Part shown: in pieces, positions 47,753 through 58,652 of the stretch
How the letters are laid out: each line of letters starts with the position of its first letter
Position numbering within the stretch: position 1 is the first letter of the stretch
Translations under genes and position numbers: made by a program
Notes under the pieces: model-generated
Databases searched by the model: none
The model's input: only the letters and a program-made list of their open reading frames with translations
Told to the model about the DNA's origin: nothing
Virus record (IMG/VR): IMGVR_UViG_3300010167_001484
Coordinates: 96,001-160,000 of that record
Length of the DNA: 64,000 nt
Strand: one strand, 5' to 3'
DNA from: a virus
Lineage: Duplodnaviria; Caudoviricetes

Positions 47753-49207
47753 ATGAAACGTAATGGTTTTTGTAATTTTGTGCTAGCAGGGATTTCAATT
47801 ACAGATTTTGGGTTGAAAATACCTTCTCCATTTACTTCATTAGAATTGAGTAATAGTGAAGTACATTCTATGACTAGTTGGAATCTAAGTTGTGTAGTTG
47901 GTGGAGATGCTTCTAGAAATGTAAATGTTGCTGCATTTGAAGCACTTTTATATAGTGCTGCTCAAAAAGTTAGTGCATATCCTGATGCTAGTGGAATACC
48001 TGTTTCATTTCTTTTTGGTTGGTTAGATGAACAAGGTAATGTGAGTGAGTATTTATCTTATCAAGGATTCACATTGAAATTTCAAGTTACTGCTAATGGA
48101 TCGTTTATGGTGTATAAACTTACCGGTTTTGCTTCTTTAGCAGTTCAAGCAAATATGCCGGTGCTTCGTATTCCAGCTATAACTGGTATAGTCCAACCTT
48201 CTGCTGTAGTAGAAGCTTTAGCATTTGCTTCAAAAGCTACATCTTATTATGATTTAGATATTGATCACAATGATGCACCTACTTTAGTTAATCATGGTCC
48301 AATAACTACAAGTTTTAATAAGTATGTTAGAGGTACATATTCTGCAGAAGATGATTATGATAATTTTCCTGGATTATTACCTTTATCTAAGTCTTATAGT
48401 TCTTCTAGAGATTCTGGAGGATTAAAATCCGGTTATAGAAAATTAAGTCAAGTATTGAATAATGCTATAGTTAGTCCAATATCTGAATTTCTCAGTCAAG
48501 CAAATGGGGATACTGCTCCACAGATAGCTTCTTTTTCTTATTGGGTAGATGAGCCTACAATGACTCAACCAGGTATGATACATTATAAGAGTAATGCAGG
48601 GATGATAACTACTCAAAGTGGAGATGTTTTAGAATATGGTACGTCTAATACAAATGTGTTTTCTATACAGGGTTCGTACGACGGCGTAGCTTACAATATT
48701 TCGGACATGCGATTCTCTCAAGTTGGTTTCGCAGTAGATGCATCAGGTCATACAATTACACAAGCTTCCGAAGTAGTTAATAGTTGGAGTAGTTCTTTAG
48801 CAGATGTATTCATGTCAGCAAATATAATAAATGATGTAAATGTTGTAGCTACTCAATTTGCAGGAGAATTTTCAGTACAGATACCTGGTACAACTAAAAA
48901 ATATACAGTTGCACAACCTGTATCACTATTAGTAGTTTCAGGTAATACACCTTCTCCTATATCTGGTATATATCATATAATGTCTGTATCTCATGTTATA
49001 TCTAATTCATTTGTAACTAATTTAAAAATAAAGAGAATGTCTATGAGTTCCGCTAATCAAGTTGCAATGTCTCAAGCAGTTTTTGTAGCAGGTAGTTCTA
49101 ATATTCCTCGTAGTTCCTATAATACAACTAGTAATATTGTAAGTTCACATAAAGTAGATCTCGGTACAATGTATCCTACATTTGAACATCTTAGTATGAC
49201 TATATAA
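47753..49207 (+). CDS. Putative baseplate hub protein (gp27-like)
   Basis: F.FGW, C-terminal SGIYHIMSVSHVISNSFVT.L; position. Confidence 0.6.
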   Translation: MKRNGFCNFVLAGISITDFGLKIPSPFTSLELSNSEVHSMTSWNLSCVVGGDASRNVNVAAFEALLYSAAQKVSAYPDASGIPVSFLFGWLDEQGNVSEYLSYQGFTLKFQVTANGSFMVYKLTGFASLAVQANMPVLRIPAITGIVQPSAVVEALAFASKATSYYDLDIDHNDAPTLVNHGPITTSFNKYVRGTYSAEDDYDNFPGLLPLSKSYSSSRDSGGLKSGYRKLSQVLNNAIVSPISEFLSQANGDTAPQIASFSYWVDEPTMTQPGMIHYKSNAGMITTQSGDVLEYGTSNTNVFSIQGSYDGVAYNISDMRFSQVGFAVDASGHTITQASEVVNSWSSSLADVFMSANIINDVNVVATQFAGEFSVQIPGTTKKYTVAQPVSLLVVSGNTPSPISGIYHIMSVSHVISNSFVTNLKIKRMSMSSANQVAMSQAVFVAGSSNIPRSSYNTTSNIVSSHKVDLGTMYPTFEHLSMTI

Positions 49208-49228
49208 TTGGTAAGGAAATAGGGAGTT

Positions 49229-49786
49229 ATGGATATAATAAAACCGTTCATAGATGATGAACATAGTGAAGAATTTAAGAAATATGGTGGATTTCATACA
49301 GGTGTAGATGTGAATGTATTTGATGTTAAGGCATTAGCTTCTGGAGTTGTAATTGATATAGGTAGAGAATCTGGAGGTGTAGCCGTTACCGTACAATTTG
49401 ATGTCAATAGTTGCTTACGATATATGCATATGCGGTTGATTAATTTACATCTAGGTAGTACTTTGAAAAAGGGTGATAGTGTAGGTTTATCTAATAAATA
49501 TCTTCATTTTGAATATATTAAACCTATATCTATTAAACCTATATGGCCTGTAAGGATTGGTAAATTAACTTATTACAAACATGATCCTACACCTATTATA
49601 ACAGGTGATTTGGTTATAGATAATACAGATGTGTGGTATGCTAATCTTGATTTGAATTTTGAATACGTTGATGATGAGATTGAAGTTATAATTCCACCTC
49701 CTATTGATGATGATATGGTAGGTTCTAGAATGATAAATCAAGGAGCTAAAACTAAAGTTGTACGTGGTAGGAGAGTTATTATTTGA
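49229..49786 (+). CDS. M23 peptidase-like protein
   Basis: HTGVD, YMHM, LHFE. Confidence 0.7.
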   Translation: MDIIKPFIDDEHSEEFKKYGGFHTGVDVNVFDVKALASGVVIDIGRESGGVAVTVQFDVNSCLRYMHMRLINLHLGSTLKKGDSVGLSNKYLHFEYIKPISIKPIWPVRIGKLTYYKHDPTPIITGDLVIDNTDVWYANLDLNFEYVDDEIEVIIPPPIDDDMVGSRMINQGAKTKVVRGRRVII

Positions 49787-51591
49787 ATGTTAAAATTCTT
49801 ACACGAGATCAGGTTAGATCTATAGGTTGGAATGGTGACGCAAGTATAATAGACCTTAAATCTAATGTAAAATATACTGTAAGAGGTTCTGTAGGCGATT
49901 ATTATCATACTGATTTTATGCCCAAAACTCGAAATGATGCTGAAGCTATGTTACGTAATGCAGGAGGTAAATGGAGTTGGGGGGCTAGACCTGTAGTACT
50001 TCAGCTTTCTAATAACACAGCAACAGCTGCAGCTATACACACATATCCTCATAGTGTTGTAGTTGCATCAAATGCATTCAATATTGCAGCATCTGACTTA
50101 AAGAATGCTGGAGTTAGTGGTAACAATGCTGGTTGGGCTATCGGCTCTCATATGTGTTTACACTATATAGATTCGTTGAAATTAAGACCCTTGGGTGTGA
50201 ATAATTTTTATACTAGTATGAATAATGCGGTTGTTACAGCTGGTAGAATGGCTGGAAGTGCCGATTTATCTAAGGTAGCTACAATTCTAGGAGGAGGTGG
50301 TAGCGGAGGTGGTAGCGGAGGTGGTGGAGGATTTGGTGATGATGAATTTGGGTTTGGTCCATCACGTCCACAGCCTGCAGATCCTCCAGTTGTTATAAGA
50401 GATGGTAGATTTATATTGAATATGGAATATAATTCAGCTACTCAATTTTATAATAAGTATAAACTGTCTTGTCCTGCCGAGTCAGTGCCGTTTGTAGTAT
50501 TACCTGCTAGTTTTACATTGAATGGTAAGAAAGCTAGTGAATTGATAGGTTATTGTGCTTTAGTTGTTAATACCGATACTAATAATGCTCAAGCAAGTAT
50601 AATAGGTAATATTGGAGGTACAGGACAAATTGATACCGTATCTGTTAGAGCTGGTTGGGGTGTAGGTGCAGATCCTAGATATCCGAGTCAAGTATCAACT
50701 CCTAATATAGTTGGTAATTTCAAGATAGCAATATTTGATGATTTCACTCCTGAATGGTCTGCAGAAACATCTCTAATAAATCAAATAGAGTCTGAATGTT
50801 CTAGACGTTTAGCGGCTAGTTTAGTAGAATTAAATCAGAATGCAAGAGCTATGGAATTAAGTGGTGGAACAATGTCACCTGAGAGCATTGATCCTACAAT
50901 GATTGAAAAATATATGTTAACGGTTGATAGAAATACAACTAGTAGTTTCAGTTATAGTAGGGCTAAAGATTTAGGTGTAGTTGGTATGATGATTGAAGCA
51001 GGTTCTATAACATCATATTCTAGTTCTAAAGGTAATCGTTCATTTATTAACCCTAAACTTGAAGAACAAATAAGAGCAGCTGATGATAATAAATTAGATT
51101 ATGCGTTCTTCATGGATGCAAGAGCTAGAAATAAGATGGAAGTTCAGCAAGAAATGCATCTACTTTCTTATGTAACTAATAAATGGCCTCCTATACTAGG
51201 TATGTGGTTAAAAATCCAGCTAACACAATCTAAGAATGTTAATGATGATATAATTGATGAGTATTATACACAACTTGTAAAATTAGGTTTCATAGGTAAT
51301 GTAGGATTATATTGTGGTAGAAATCAACTTCAACAGATTGATTGGAAATCGCATAGCAAACATTGGTACTGGTTGATGGTTGATACAGTATCTAATGTGG
51401 GAGTATTAGATGAGTTACTGACACCAGAATTTTTCATGTTAGATCCTAATGCTCCAGAGGATGCGAGTGCTGATAGTTCTGCAAATTCTGGTTTAGGTAG
51501 ATTTGCAGCTGGTGCTGTAGGTCTCTTAGTAGCAGGTATTCCCGGAGCTATTGCAGGTGTTGCTATATATGATGCAGTTACAAGTAGGTAA
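49783..51591 (+). CDS. Multidomain tail cell-wall hydrolase-like protein
   Basis: HMCLH-containing N-domain, Gly linker, VPFVVLP domain, GH25-like C-domain. Confidence 0.5.
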   Translation: MNVKILTRDQVRSIGWNGDASIIDLKSNVKYTVRGSVGDYYHTDFMPKTRNDAEAMLRNAGGKWSWGARPVVLQLSNNTATAAAIHTYPHSVVVASNAFNIAASDLKNAGVSGNNAGWAIGSHMCLHYIDSLKLRPLGVNNFYTSMNNAVVTAGRMAGSADLSKVATILGGGGSGGGSGGGGGFGDDEFGFGPSRPQPADPPVVIRDGRFILNMEYNSATQFYNKYKLSCPAESVPFVVLPASFTLNGKKASELIGYCALVVNTDTNNAQASIIGNIGGTGQIDTVSVRAGWGVGADPRYPSQVSTPNIVGNFKIAIFDDFTPEWSAETSLINQIESECSRRLAASLVELNQNARAMELSGGTMSPESIDPTMIEKYMLTVDRNTTSSFSYSRAKDLGVVGMMIEAGSITSYSSSKGNRSFINPKLEEQIRAADDNKLDYAFFMDARARNKMEVQQEMHLLSYVTNKWPPILGMWLKIQLTQSKNVNDDIIDEYYTQLVKLGFIGNVGLYCGRNQLQQIDWKSHSKHWYWLMVDTVSNVGVLDELLTPEFFMLDPNAPEDASADSSANSGLGRFAAGAVGLLVAGIPGAIAGVAIYDAVTSR

Positions 51592-51599
51592 GATATTGT

Positions 51600-52919
51600 A
51601 TGACTAAATTAGAAGCGTTTGTTAGGTTACCATATGAATTTGTAGGTAAGAATTTTGATACAGTTAATTCTCAGTTAGGTATGGGTTTATCTAGAGGTAC
51701 TCCTTGGTGTGCATATTTCATTACAAATATAGCTAGAAAGGTTGGAGGAATATTAGGTGTAATCCTTATTAGTACAGGTAGTTCAGCTGCTATGACTAAA
51801 GATGCAAAAGGAGTTTCCGGAAGATATATACAAGGTGCAGGTGTTACACCTATACCTGGAGATATAATGTATTATCCTAAGGGACATGTTGGTATTGTTG
51901 TAAAAGTTAGCGGTAGTACGATTACACTTGTCGAAGGTAATGCTGGTGGAGGTTCAGGAAGTGCTACTCACAAATGTCTTGAAAAGACTCGTAATGTAGG
52001 TAATTCTGTTATAGGTGGTTATTGGAGACCTGAATGGGCTAAGGTAGGTTCGTTTTCAGGAGATTTAGGAAATTTAGGTGGTTCAGGTGGTTCAGGTGGT
52101 TCCGGTGAATTTTCTGAGGGTTTTGGTTCAGGTTCATATCAACCTCTATATGATAGACATAATACAAGAATAGATGGTACAATAAGAGAAGTAGGTATTA
52201 TGGATTCTTCATATAAACCTTCAATTAGTATATCTACATCCATGCCCAAATTATCTGTTATAAATTATACATCTATGTTAAGTGCAATGTTCATGGGTGC
52301 TGGTAGTGACGAAGATGGTGATGGTGATGGTGATGGTGGAGGTGGAGGTGGAGGTAATTATGGAGATGTGATAATAGGTAATATAACTGGACATGCTAGA
52401 ACTGTTGCTGAATATCTATTAGGTAAAGGTCTAAATCGTGCAGCAACTGCAGGTATTATGGGTAATATAGAAGCAGAAAGTGGATTTAATCCTGCGGCTG
52501 CTCAAGGTAATGGAAATTATCCATTAGGTGTAGGTATTATTCAATGGTCCGGTGGTAGACGAACTAATCTTATAAATGCAGTACCTAATTGGAAAACTAA
52601 TCTTACAGGTCAATTAAATTTCTTATGGGGAGAATTATCTGGAGGTTATAAAGATTCTACACTTACACCAATAAAAAGTGTAGCCGATTCGGACAATGGT
52701 TGTGGTGATGCTGTAGATATATTTTTACATAGATTTGAGAAACCTTGTATACACACACTTGGGGCAAAAAGTTGTAAAGAATTTAAAAGTAGATATGGTG
52801 GAGCGTCTGGTAGAAGAGGTGCATTATCTTTCTTTCGTTCTATGACTATTCAGCCGAATAGACCTTCTACTGGTAATAGTTTGTCTACATCTCAAGGTTA
52901 TTCGAGATTAATGGTGTGA
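51600..52919 (+). CDS. CHAP + phage tail lysozyme (Phage_lysozyme2) tail lysin
   Basis: PWCAYF, GHVGIV, EGN; AGIMGNIEAESGFNP, GIIQW..GRR, FEKP. Confidence 0.85.
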   Translation: MTKLEAFVRLPYEFVGKNFDTVNSQLGMGLSRGTPWCAYFITNIARKVGGILGVILISTGSSAAMTKDAKGVSGRYIQGAGVTPIPGDIMYYPKGHVGIVVKVSGSTITLVEGNAGGGSGSATHKCLEKTRNVGNSVIGGYWRPEWAKVGSFSGDLGNLGGSGGSGGSGEFSEGFGSGSYQPLYDRHNTRIDGTIREVGIMDSSYKPSISISTSMPKLSVINYTSMLSAMFMGAGSDEDGDGDGDGGGGGGGNYGDVIIGNITGHARTVAEYLLGKGLNRAATAGIMGNIEAESGFNPAAAQGNGNYPLGVGIIQWSGGRRTNLINAVPNWKTNLTGQLNFLWGELSGGYKDSTLTPIKSVADSDNGCGDAVDIFLHRFEKPCIHTLGAKSCKEFKSRYGGASGRRGALSFFRSMTIQPNRPSTGNSLSTSQGYSRLMV

Positions 52920-52923
52920 ATTA

Positions 52924-53223
52924 ATGACAACATTTGGTTATGCTAAACAATATATGTATGCTGGAGATAATACGTTACAGATACAAGTGCGTATTCCATC
53001 TATCCATGGACCTTATAAGCAATCCGATTATAAAGGTAAAGCGGTTCGTAATTATGTTAAAGATGAAGACTTACCTTTCTATCCATCTTTGTTATTACCC
53101 CATCTACCACACAATGGTGATGTAGTTGCAGTAACTGCTCTAGATAAAGGTAATACATCTTTTCTTGTAGTCGGTCTTATGGGTTCATCTTATCAACAAG
53201 GTAATATGATGAGTGGCGATTAA
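52924..53223 (+). CDS. gp5 N-terminal OB-fold-like spike protein
   Basis: IQVRIPSIHG...LP..GDVVAV......VVG. Confidence 0.65.
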   Translation: MTTFGYAKQYMYAGDNTLQIQVRIPSIHGPYKQSDYKGKAVRNYVKDEDLPFYPSLLLPHLPHNGDVVAVTALDKGNTSFLVVGLMGSSYQQGNMMSGD

Positions 53224-53238
53224 TAGGAGAATAGTATA

Positions 53239-53643
53239 ATGAGGACAAATTCTTTAGCGTTTCCTAATTTATTTGATGTGGCGAGAAATAGAGTCGGTGT
53301 TATAGAAGATAATGTATCTATAGTATCACGTGTTAGACTTCTGATATTGACAGAACCTACCGAATTATATGATAATCCTACATTCGGAGTTGGTTTAAAA
53401 CGCCATCTATGGCAGTATAATAACGAGAATCAGATCGCTATAATTCAAGATAGAATAAAAGCACAATTAGAAATATATGAACCTTGTGTTGATGCTGAAG
53501 AAACAACTTTTGCTCCTGGTCTGTTGTTTACAGGTGATGATGCATCTAACAGTAGTAGAGAGTTTGATAAGGTTAAAATGACTGTAGGGCTTAGAACTAT
53601 ATATAATGATCAAATTGAAGTTCAATTAGACAATTTCAAGTAA
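53239..53643 (+). CDS. Baseplate wedge gp25-like
   Basis: LILTEPTEL..NPTFGVGL...L...I...L..YEP. Confidence 0.85.
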   Translation: MRTNSLAFPNLFDVARNRVGVIEDNVSIVSRVRLLILTEPTELYDNPTFGVGLKRHLWQYNNENQIAIIQDRIKAQLEIYEPCVDAEETTFAPGLLFTGDDASNSSREFDKVKMTVGLRTIYNDQIEVQLDNFK

Positions 53644-53656
53644 GGGGTATAAATCT

Positions 53657-55690
53657 ATGAGAAATAGAAGTAGAGAAAAAGGAATGATACGCTATACGTC
53701 GCGTGATTATGAGTCAATTTTGGAGGAATTTTTCTTACTTGTTCCAAAGTTAACTGATTTATGGAAACCTGAAGCTGATTCAGATCCAGGTGTAGTTATA
53801 GGTAAATTTATAGCTAGTGTGGCTGCAATGCTCGGAACAAATTTGGACTGGTTAGCTAATGAAATATATGGACCTTCCGTCACCCAACGTAAGAATGCTG
53901 AGAAGCTATTTAGTCTTATTGGATACAAATTGGGGTGGTATACAGCTGCTAGGACTGAAGTAACATTTACAAATAGTGGTATATATGATTCCCAACTTAA
54001 CTTTGGATTTAATGGTAGCAATTTTGCTACATTGAATGCATATACAGATATAACTGCACAACCTCGTGTAATAACATATAACATATTACCTCTTACAAAT
54101 AGATTTGGTGCTCCTGAATCTAGAAGTCGTAGGCAAGTTAAAGACGAAGGTTTGAATATGTTCACCGATGATGATAGAGTTATACTCGAACCTAATAAGA
54201 GTGTAACAAGGGTAGCGATAGAAGGAGAACTTCGTAGTTTTTCTATATCTGTTAAAGCTATCAAGGAGAATAATTATATAATCAAATTACCTTCACAACA
54301 TCTAGATACAACTGCTGTTTGGATTAAAGCTAGACCTTCTACAACTAGTGGTATAGACAATAGTCAATATATTGCAACTCAATGGATACAGGTATTATCT
54401 CCTGCAGATTTTATAATACCTGAGCCTAGGTTTGCAGTTACGTATGATAATTATTCAAATGCTCAAATTCAGATAAGTAATTATCTTAATCAGCTAGATA
54501 ATTATGATTCAAATTGGTTAGTTATATATTGGGTAGATTGTTCTGGTATAATAGGTTCTGTAGGTTCTAATGTTTTAACAAATTTCTTACCTGCATGGCC
54601 AGATAAGAATTCTTTTGTTGCAGAGGATCTGACTATATCTAATTTATCTAATACAGTAGAATTACCTCATACAAATACAATAACAGGTAGAAGTCCTGAA
54701 ACCGCTAAACAAGCATATCTTAATAGTAGAAATTATCATAATACTTGGGACAGTTTGATAACATTGCCAGATTTTAATAGGTTTTTAAATAGAGAGCCTG
54801 GTATAGATTGTGGATTAGTTATTGATTGCCAGAAAGCTCTAGAAATAAATCTTGCAATTTATCATGACCCTAATTTAACTTTTGAGCAAAAAGCAAAGAT
54901 GTATATTGGACCTGGTGATATACCTGCATTAGATGTACCTATGTTTGATTGGAAGAATATATTAGAGCTTGGGTTTGATCCAGAAGATCCTTTGAAATTC
55001 ATATTTCAAGCTGGATTCAAAACATATGAAGCTTTTTGTTTCGGAATTCACAATGATTTTAATAATAGTAATTTTGGTACTAATCTAACAAGTCATGTGA
55101 TTGTATCTACCTCAAGTGTTACAGTTCCTACAGAATTTAAATCAGATATCTGTAAGCATATGAGATCTGAAGATGAACAACATATTAGAACACAAGGTCT
55201 ACGCAAATCTTCTATAAATATACAAATGAAATCTAAAGATACACAATTTATACAATATAGAATGCCTCCAATGTTTGAACAGATGGTTATTAGAGATTAT
55301 AAACCTTTACAGGCTATGACAGTTAAGTTAAGATTCTGTTTCGCTAGAATATTTCCATGGTATGTTGTAGGGTTGATATATCCTCATAATCCTGTTTCAC
55401 CTGATGTTGGTAGAAACATAATTGCTAAGGTTAAAGAAGATCTTGCGATTCATTTTGCTCCAGCTAATAGGCAGTTTGGTATTAAACCTACAGTTATGGA
55501 AGTAGTAGATGTAATTCAAAATGCAGATAGTAGAATCGATTATTTTGACGCTGGAAGTATAAATAATCCCATCATAAATTATAAAGATTGTGATACGTCT
55601 TATTTTAATCCCATCAGTTTTGCTCGATATTTAGACATCGGCGACATTTCTCAAAATTTAAGAATTGCACCTGAGTATCTTTTGAAGTGA
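53657..55690 (+). CDS. Baseplate wedge gp6/J-like
   Basis: YTSRDYESI, SDPGVVI, GRSPET, LITLPDF. Confidence 0.85.
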   Translation: MRNRSREKGMIRYTSRDYESILEEFFLLVPKLTDLWKPEADSDPGVVIGKFIASVAAMLGTNLDWLANEIYGPSVTQRKNAEKLFSLIGYKLGWYTAARTEVTFTNSGIYDSQLNFGFNGSNFATLNAYTDITAQPRVITYNILPLTNRFGAPESRSRRQVKDEGLNMFTDDDRVILEPNKSVTRVAIEGELRSFSISVKAIKENNYIIKLPSQHLDTTAVWIKARPSTTSGIDNSQYIATQWIQVLSPADFIIPEPRFAVTYDNYSNAQIQISNYLNQLDNYDSNWLVIYWVDCSGIIGSVGSNVLTNFLPAWPDKNSFVAEDLTISNLSNTVELPHTNTITGRSPETAKQAYLNSRNYHNTWDSLITLPDFNRFLNREPGIDCGLVIDCQKALEINLAIYHDPNLTFEQKAKMYIGPGDIPALDVPMFDWKNILELGFDPEDPLKFIFQAGFKTYEAFCFGIHNDFNNSNFGTNLTSHVIVSTSSVTVPTEFKSDICKHMRSEDEQHIRTQGLRKSSINIQMKSKDTQFIQYRMPPMFEQMVIRDYKPLQAMTVKLRFCFARIFPWYVVGLIYPHNPVSPDVGRNIIAKVKEDLAIHFAPANRQFGIKPTVMEVVDVIQNADSRIDYFDAGSINNPIINYKDCDTSYFNPISFARYLDIGDISQNLRIAPEYLLK

Positions 55691-55700
55691 GGCTATTTAT

Positions 55701-55901
55701 ATGGAGATGAATGAAAATGAGATATTAGAGTATTTAGATTTTTGTATTAATGAATGGCGTGATAGGAATGAAGATATTAACCATATACATCATAATATTT
55801 CGTTATATTATATAGATGCCTTTCAGTCTGTGAGAAGTTCCTTATTTGGATCTACATTACCATTGAGAGTAGAGGAGAAGGTTGATGAAAATTTATGCTA
55901 G
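55701..55901 (+). CDS. Small hypothetical protein, paralogue of 56753
   Basis: YLD..I..WR...YYIDAFQSVR..LFG..L. Confidence 0.65.
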   Translation: MEMNENEILEYLDFCINEWRDRNEDINHIHHNISLYYIDAFQSVRSSLFGSTLPLRVEEKVDENLC

Positions 55902-56667
55902 TTCAAATGTAAGGGTGAAGAAAATAGATGAGCCCGAATCTATGGAAATCAGACAACAACTTCTAAAAGAATTTTCAGACTATTCTAATATCATATTCTT
56001 AGGTACTTATCAAGATTATCGAGGTCGTCAAGCATATAAATATATTCTAAAGCACCCTGATTATGAAGATGATATCGAATGGGTTATTCCTGGTGAAGGT
56101 GTTCAAATCTTTGATATGGCTAATAATTTTAATGATATCGCTAAGAGGTTTTTGAATAAGGTGTATCCAAAAATGCCAAGAAGTGTACCTCCTAATGGTT
56201 GGGATACTGATAAAACTATTACACTTACAACTGAATGGGGAGATAAATCTGATTTTGATATAATTAAATCAAAACAGAAAGCTATTAAATTCTTATATGG
56301 TGCATTGTATGATATTAATTTTCCTATGATGCGTCTAAGTTATCATCAATATGATGAAACTGAATATATAGAACATATGCAGAAATTCGATACAGATGAC
56401 GGAGTATATGGTAATGAGGGTGACGAAGATACTGTTACATATTTTTATGCAGACGGTGAATTCTATTCAATAGATTATGAAACTACACTTGAAGAAGGTA
56501 TTAAAATATATTATGCAATACCTAATGTAGAGTCATTACATCAATCAAATGCTAATAGTGCTGTTATATATAAAGGGTATATCTTCAAAGATGAAACAGG
56601 TTACTATTATAGCGAGATGGGTGAATGTGAGAATTCAGATGATTGGGAAGAAGTTATAGAAGTCTAA
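55885..56667 (+). CDS. Acidic hypothetical protein (MKIYASS start)
   Basis: ORF inserted between baseplate genes. Confidence 0.7.
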   Translation: MKIYASSNVRVKKIDEPESMEIRQQLLKEFSDYSNIIFLGTYQDYRGRQAYKYILKHPDYEDDIEWVIPGEGVQIFDMANNFNDIAKRFLNKVYPKMPRSVPPNGWDTDKTITLTTEWGDKSDFDIIKSKQKAIKFLYGALYDINFPMMRLSYHQYDETEYIEHMQKFDTDDGVYGNEGDEDTVTYFYADGEFYSIDYETTLEEGIKIYYAIPNVESLHQSNANSAVIYKGYIFKDETGYYYSEMGECENSDDWEEVIEV

Positions 56668-56752
56668 TATGGTTTTAGATATGTACGAACTATTTGTTGT
56701 AATCTTTATATGTGTTTGTATTAAAATTTATAAGAAACTATTGAAGAAATAA

Positions 56753-56956
56753 ATGTGTGATATGGTTGAAGTTGTAGATAATATTAGCACAATTGTTGGT
56801 GATGATGACTTATTGTATTTTCTGGATACAAAAATAGCTGATTGGAGAAAGATATTGAAGGATATTAATCATCCTCAATATTCAGTATCAATATATTACA
56901 TTGATGCATTTCAAGCAGTTAGATGCTTTGTGTTTGGGGAACGGCTTGAAAATTAG
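56753..56956 (+). CDS. Small hypothetical protein, paralogue of 55701
   Basis: FLD..I..WR...YYIDAFQAVR..VFG..L. Confidence 0.65.
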   Translation: MCDMVEVVDNISTIVGDDDLLYFLDTKIADWRKILKDINHPQYSVSIYYIDAFQAVRCFVFGERLEN

Positions 56957-56969
56957 TTGAGGTGATAAA

Positions 56970-58652
56970 ATGATTATAAAAGATGTGCCCTTACCTGAAG
57001 AGTATTTGGTATCTCAAGATTTTCGATTTTTTGTCGATTGGGTGGCTCATACACTTGATAGATATAAATACGAGCATGAGAATTTCATGGATCTTTACGA
57101 TCCGCTCAGAATACCTGAGCATCTGTTATGGGCATTAGCTGATACGATGGGTTATAAATTTGATGATAGATTGCCCACATCTTTTAATAGATTAGTTCTT
57201 CTATATTTTATTTCTATGATTAAAAATAGGGGATCAAAAGATGGTGTGACATTAGCAGCTCAAACAAATTTAGCACAATTTAATATATTGATGAAGGCTC
57301 AAGGTTTCACCGATATTAATGGTAAAATCTATCCACCTAATGATATATTATATAATAGATTAGAAGATCCTACTATTCCTGTTAATGCAGTTTATGTATC
57401 TGTATATACAGAAAAAGGGTATATTGATATTGTTTATTTTTCTGATAAAGTACCTTTGGATGCTTGTTTAGAATATGTACGACCTGTAGGAATGTATGCT
57501 TTTCAGCATGCAGGTGTGAGATTTGATGCTAAAACAAAGGTTTCTATTGATTCCAGATTAACTAATACAAGGGATGCAGGTATGTCTTTTGGTCCTACAC
57601 ATGTTGGTCATTATCGTAGAAAGGATTATGCATCTATGCAATTAACTCGTCAAAAATTGAATGATACTATGCCGTTATTCAGAGTTAGGAGAGTTCCAAA
57701 TACTAGTAGAGGTAAGTGGTTCGTACAAGAATATATTGATAGAGAAGATAATCTTGGATGGAAATCAGTATATGGTCCATTTGAGTCAGAACGAATAGCA
57801 ACATCATATTTTGAAGCAAACATGATTGAACCTAGACATACTAGAGAAAATGTGTGGTATAGAAATCGCGAAGGTGAAAGTGGTGTATTAGAGCCTCCTA
57901 CAAGTTATGCATCTAATTCTTTCCAATATCAAGTGAATGGTGAAGATTATGTGATGAATCCTGGATATAGAACATTATATTCATTGCAACTTTGTAATAA
58001 TGAGAATATAACTAAATCTTTATTCGATGAGCCGATATTCAGTTTAGGTTATGGTCCCCAAGATGTTGAAACTAAAAGATATGATGATGATTATATGAAG
58101 TATCCTTATCGTGATAAGTATGAAGATGGTACATTTGAAGAACCTGAATCTTATATAGATAGAGAGGGTATATCAAATCGTCGTGTACTGGGTAGTAAGG
58201 TGTATAATTTACGTGTAGATAGGGATTTAGAAGAATCTAGAATAGTTCCTAATTTGACAACTTATGCTATTGATGGTGAGGGTGATGAATGGTATCTATT
58301 AAAAGATGGAAAACGTCTAGAGCCTGGTAAGGTTTATGCTGAGAGAAGGATAGCAGAGATTAGATTAGCTGTATTGGTTCCTCCAGATGTATACACTGTT
58401 GAAGCAAGGCATCCATCTCATCCTGAGAGAACAGATATAGCTGACCAAGGTACAGCTGATTATGAAGTAGAGCGTATTAATAAACCTAATGTTACTAAAC
58501 CACGACCTGCAGTTAATCCTATAATGGCATCATTAGGTGACTCATTGTCAATGGATACGATGAATACAGAGTATATGATGAAAGAACGTAATACTGATGG
58601 GATAATCGAGGACGACACTAGTTTTGAGATAAAGCCCAACACAGAGTTATAA
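56970..58652 (+). CDS. Baseplate wedge gp7/tail protein I-like
   Basis: YDPLRIPEHLLWALADTMGY, KNRGS..G, EYVRPVG. Confidence 0.75.
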   Translation: MIIKDVPLPEEYLVSQDFRFFVDWVAHTLDRYKYEHENFMDLYDPLRIPEHLLWALADTMGYKFDDRLPTSFNRLVLLYFISMIKNRGSKDGVTLAAQTNLAQFNILMKAQGFTDINGKIYPPNDILYNRLEDPTIPVNAVYVSVYTEKGYIDIVYFSDKVPLDACLEYVRPVGMYAFQHAGVRFDAKTKVSIDSRLTNTRDAGMSFGPTHVGHYRRKDYASMQLTRQKLNDTMPLFRVRRVPNTSRGKWFVQEYIDREDNLGWKSVYGPFESERIATSYFEANMIEPRHTRENVWYRNREGESGVLEPPTSYASNSFQYQVNGEDYVMNPGYRTLYSLQLCNNENITKSLFDEPIFSLGYGPQDVETKRYDDDYMKYPYRDKYEDGTFEEPESYIDREGISNRRVLGSKVYNLRVDRDLEESRIVPNLTTYAIDGEGDEWYLLKDGKRLEPGKVYAERRIAEIRLAVLVPPDVYTVEARHPSHPERTDIADQGTADYEVERINKPNVTKPRPAVNPIMASLGDSLSMDTMNTEYMMKERNTDGIIEDDTSFEIKPNTEL

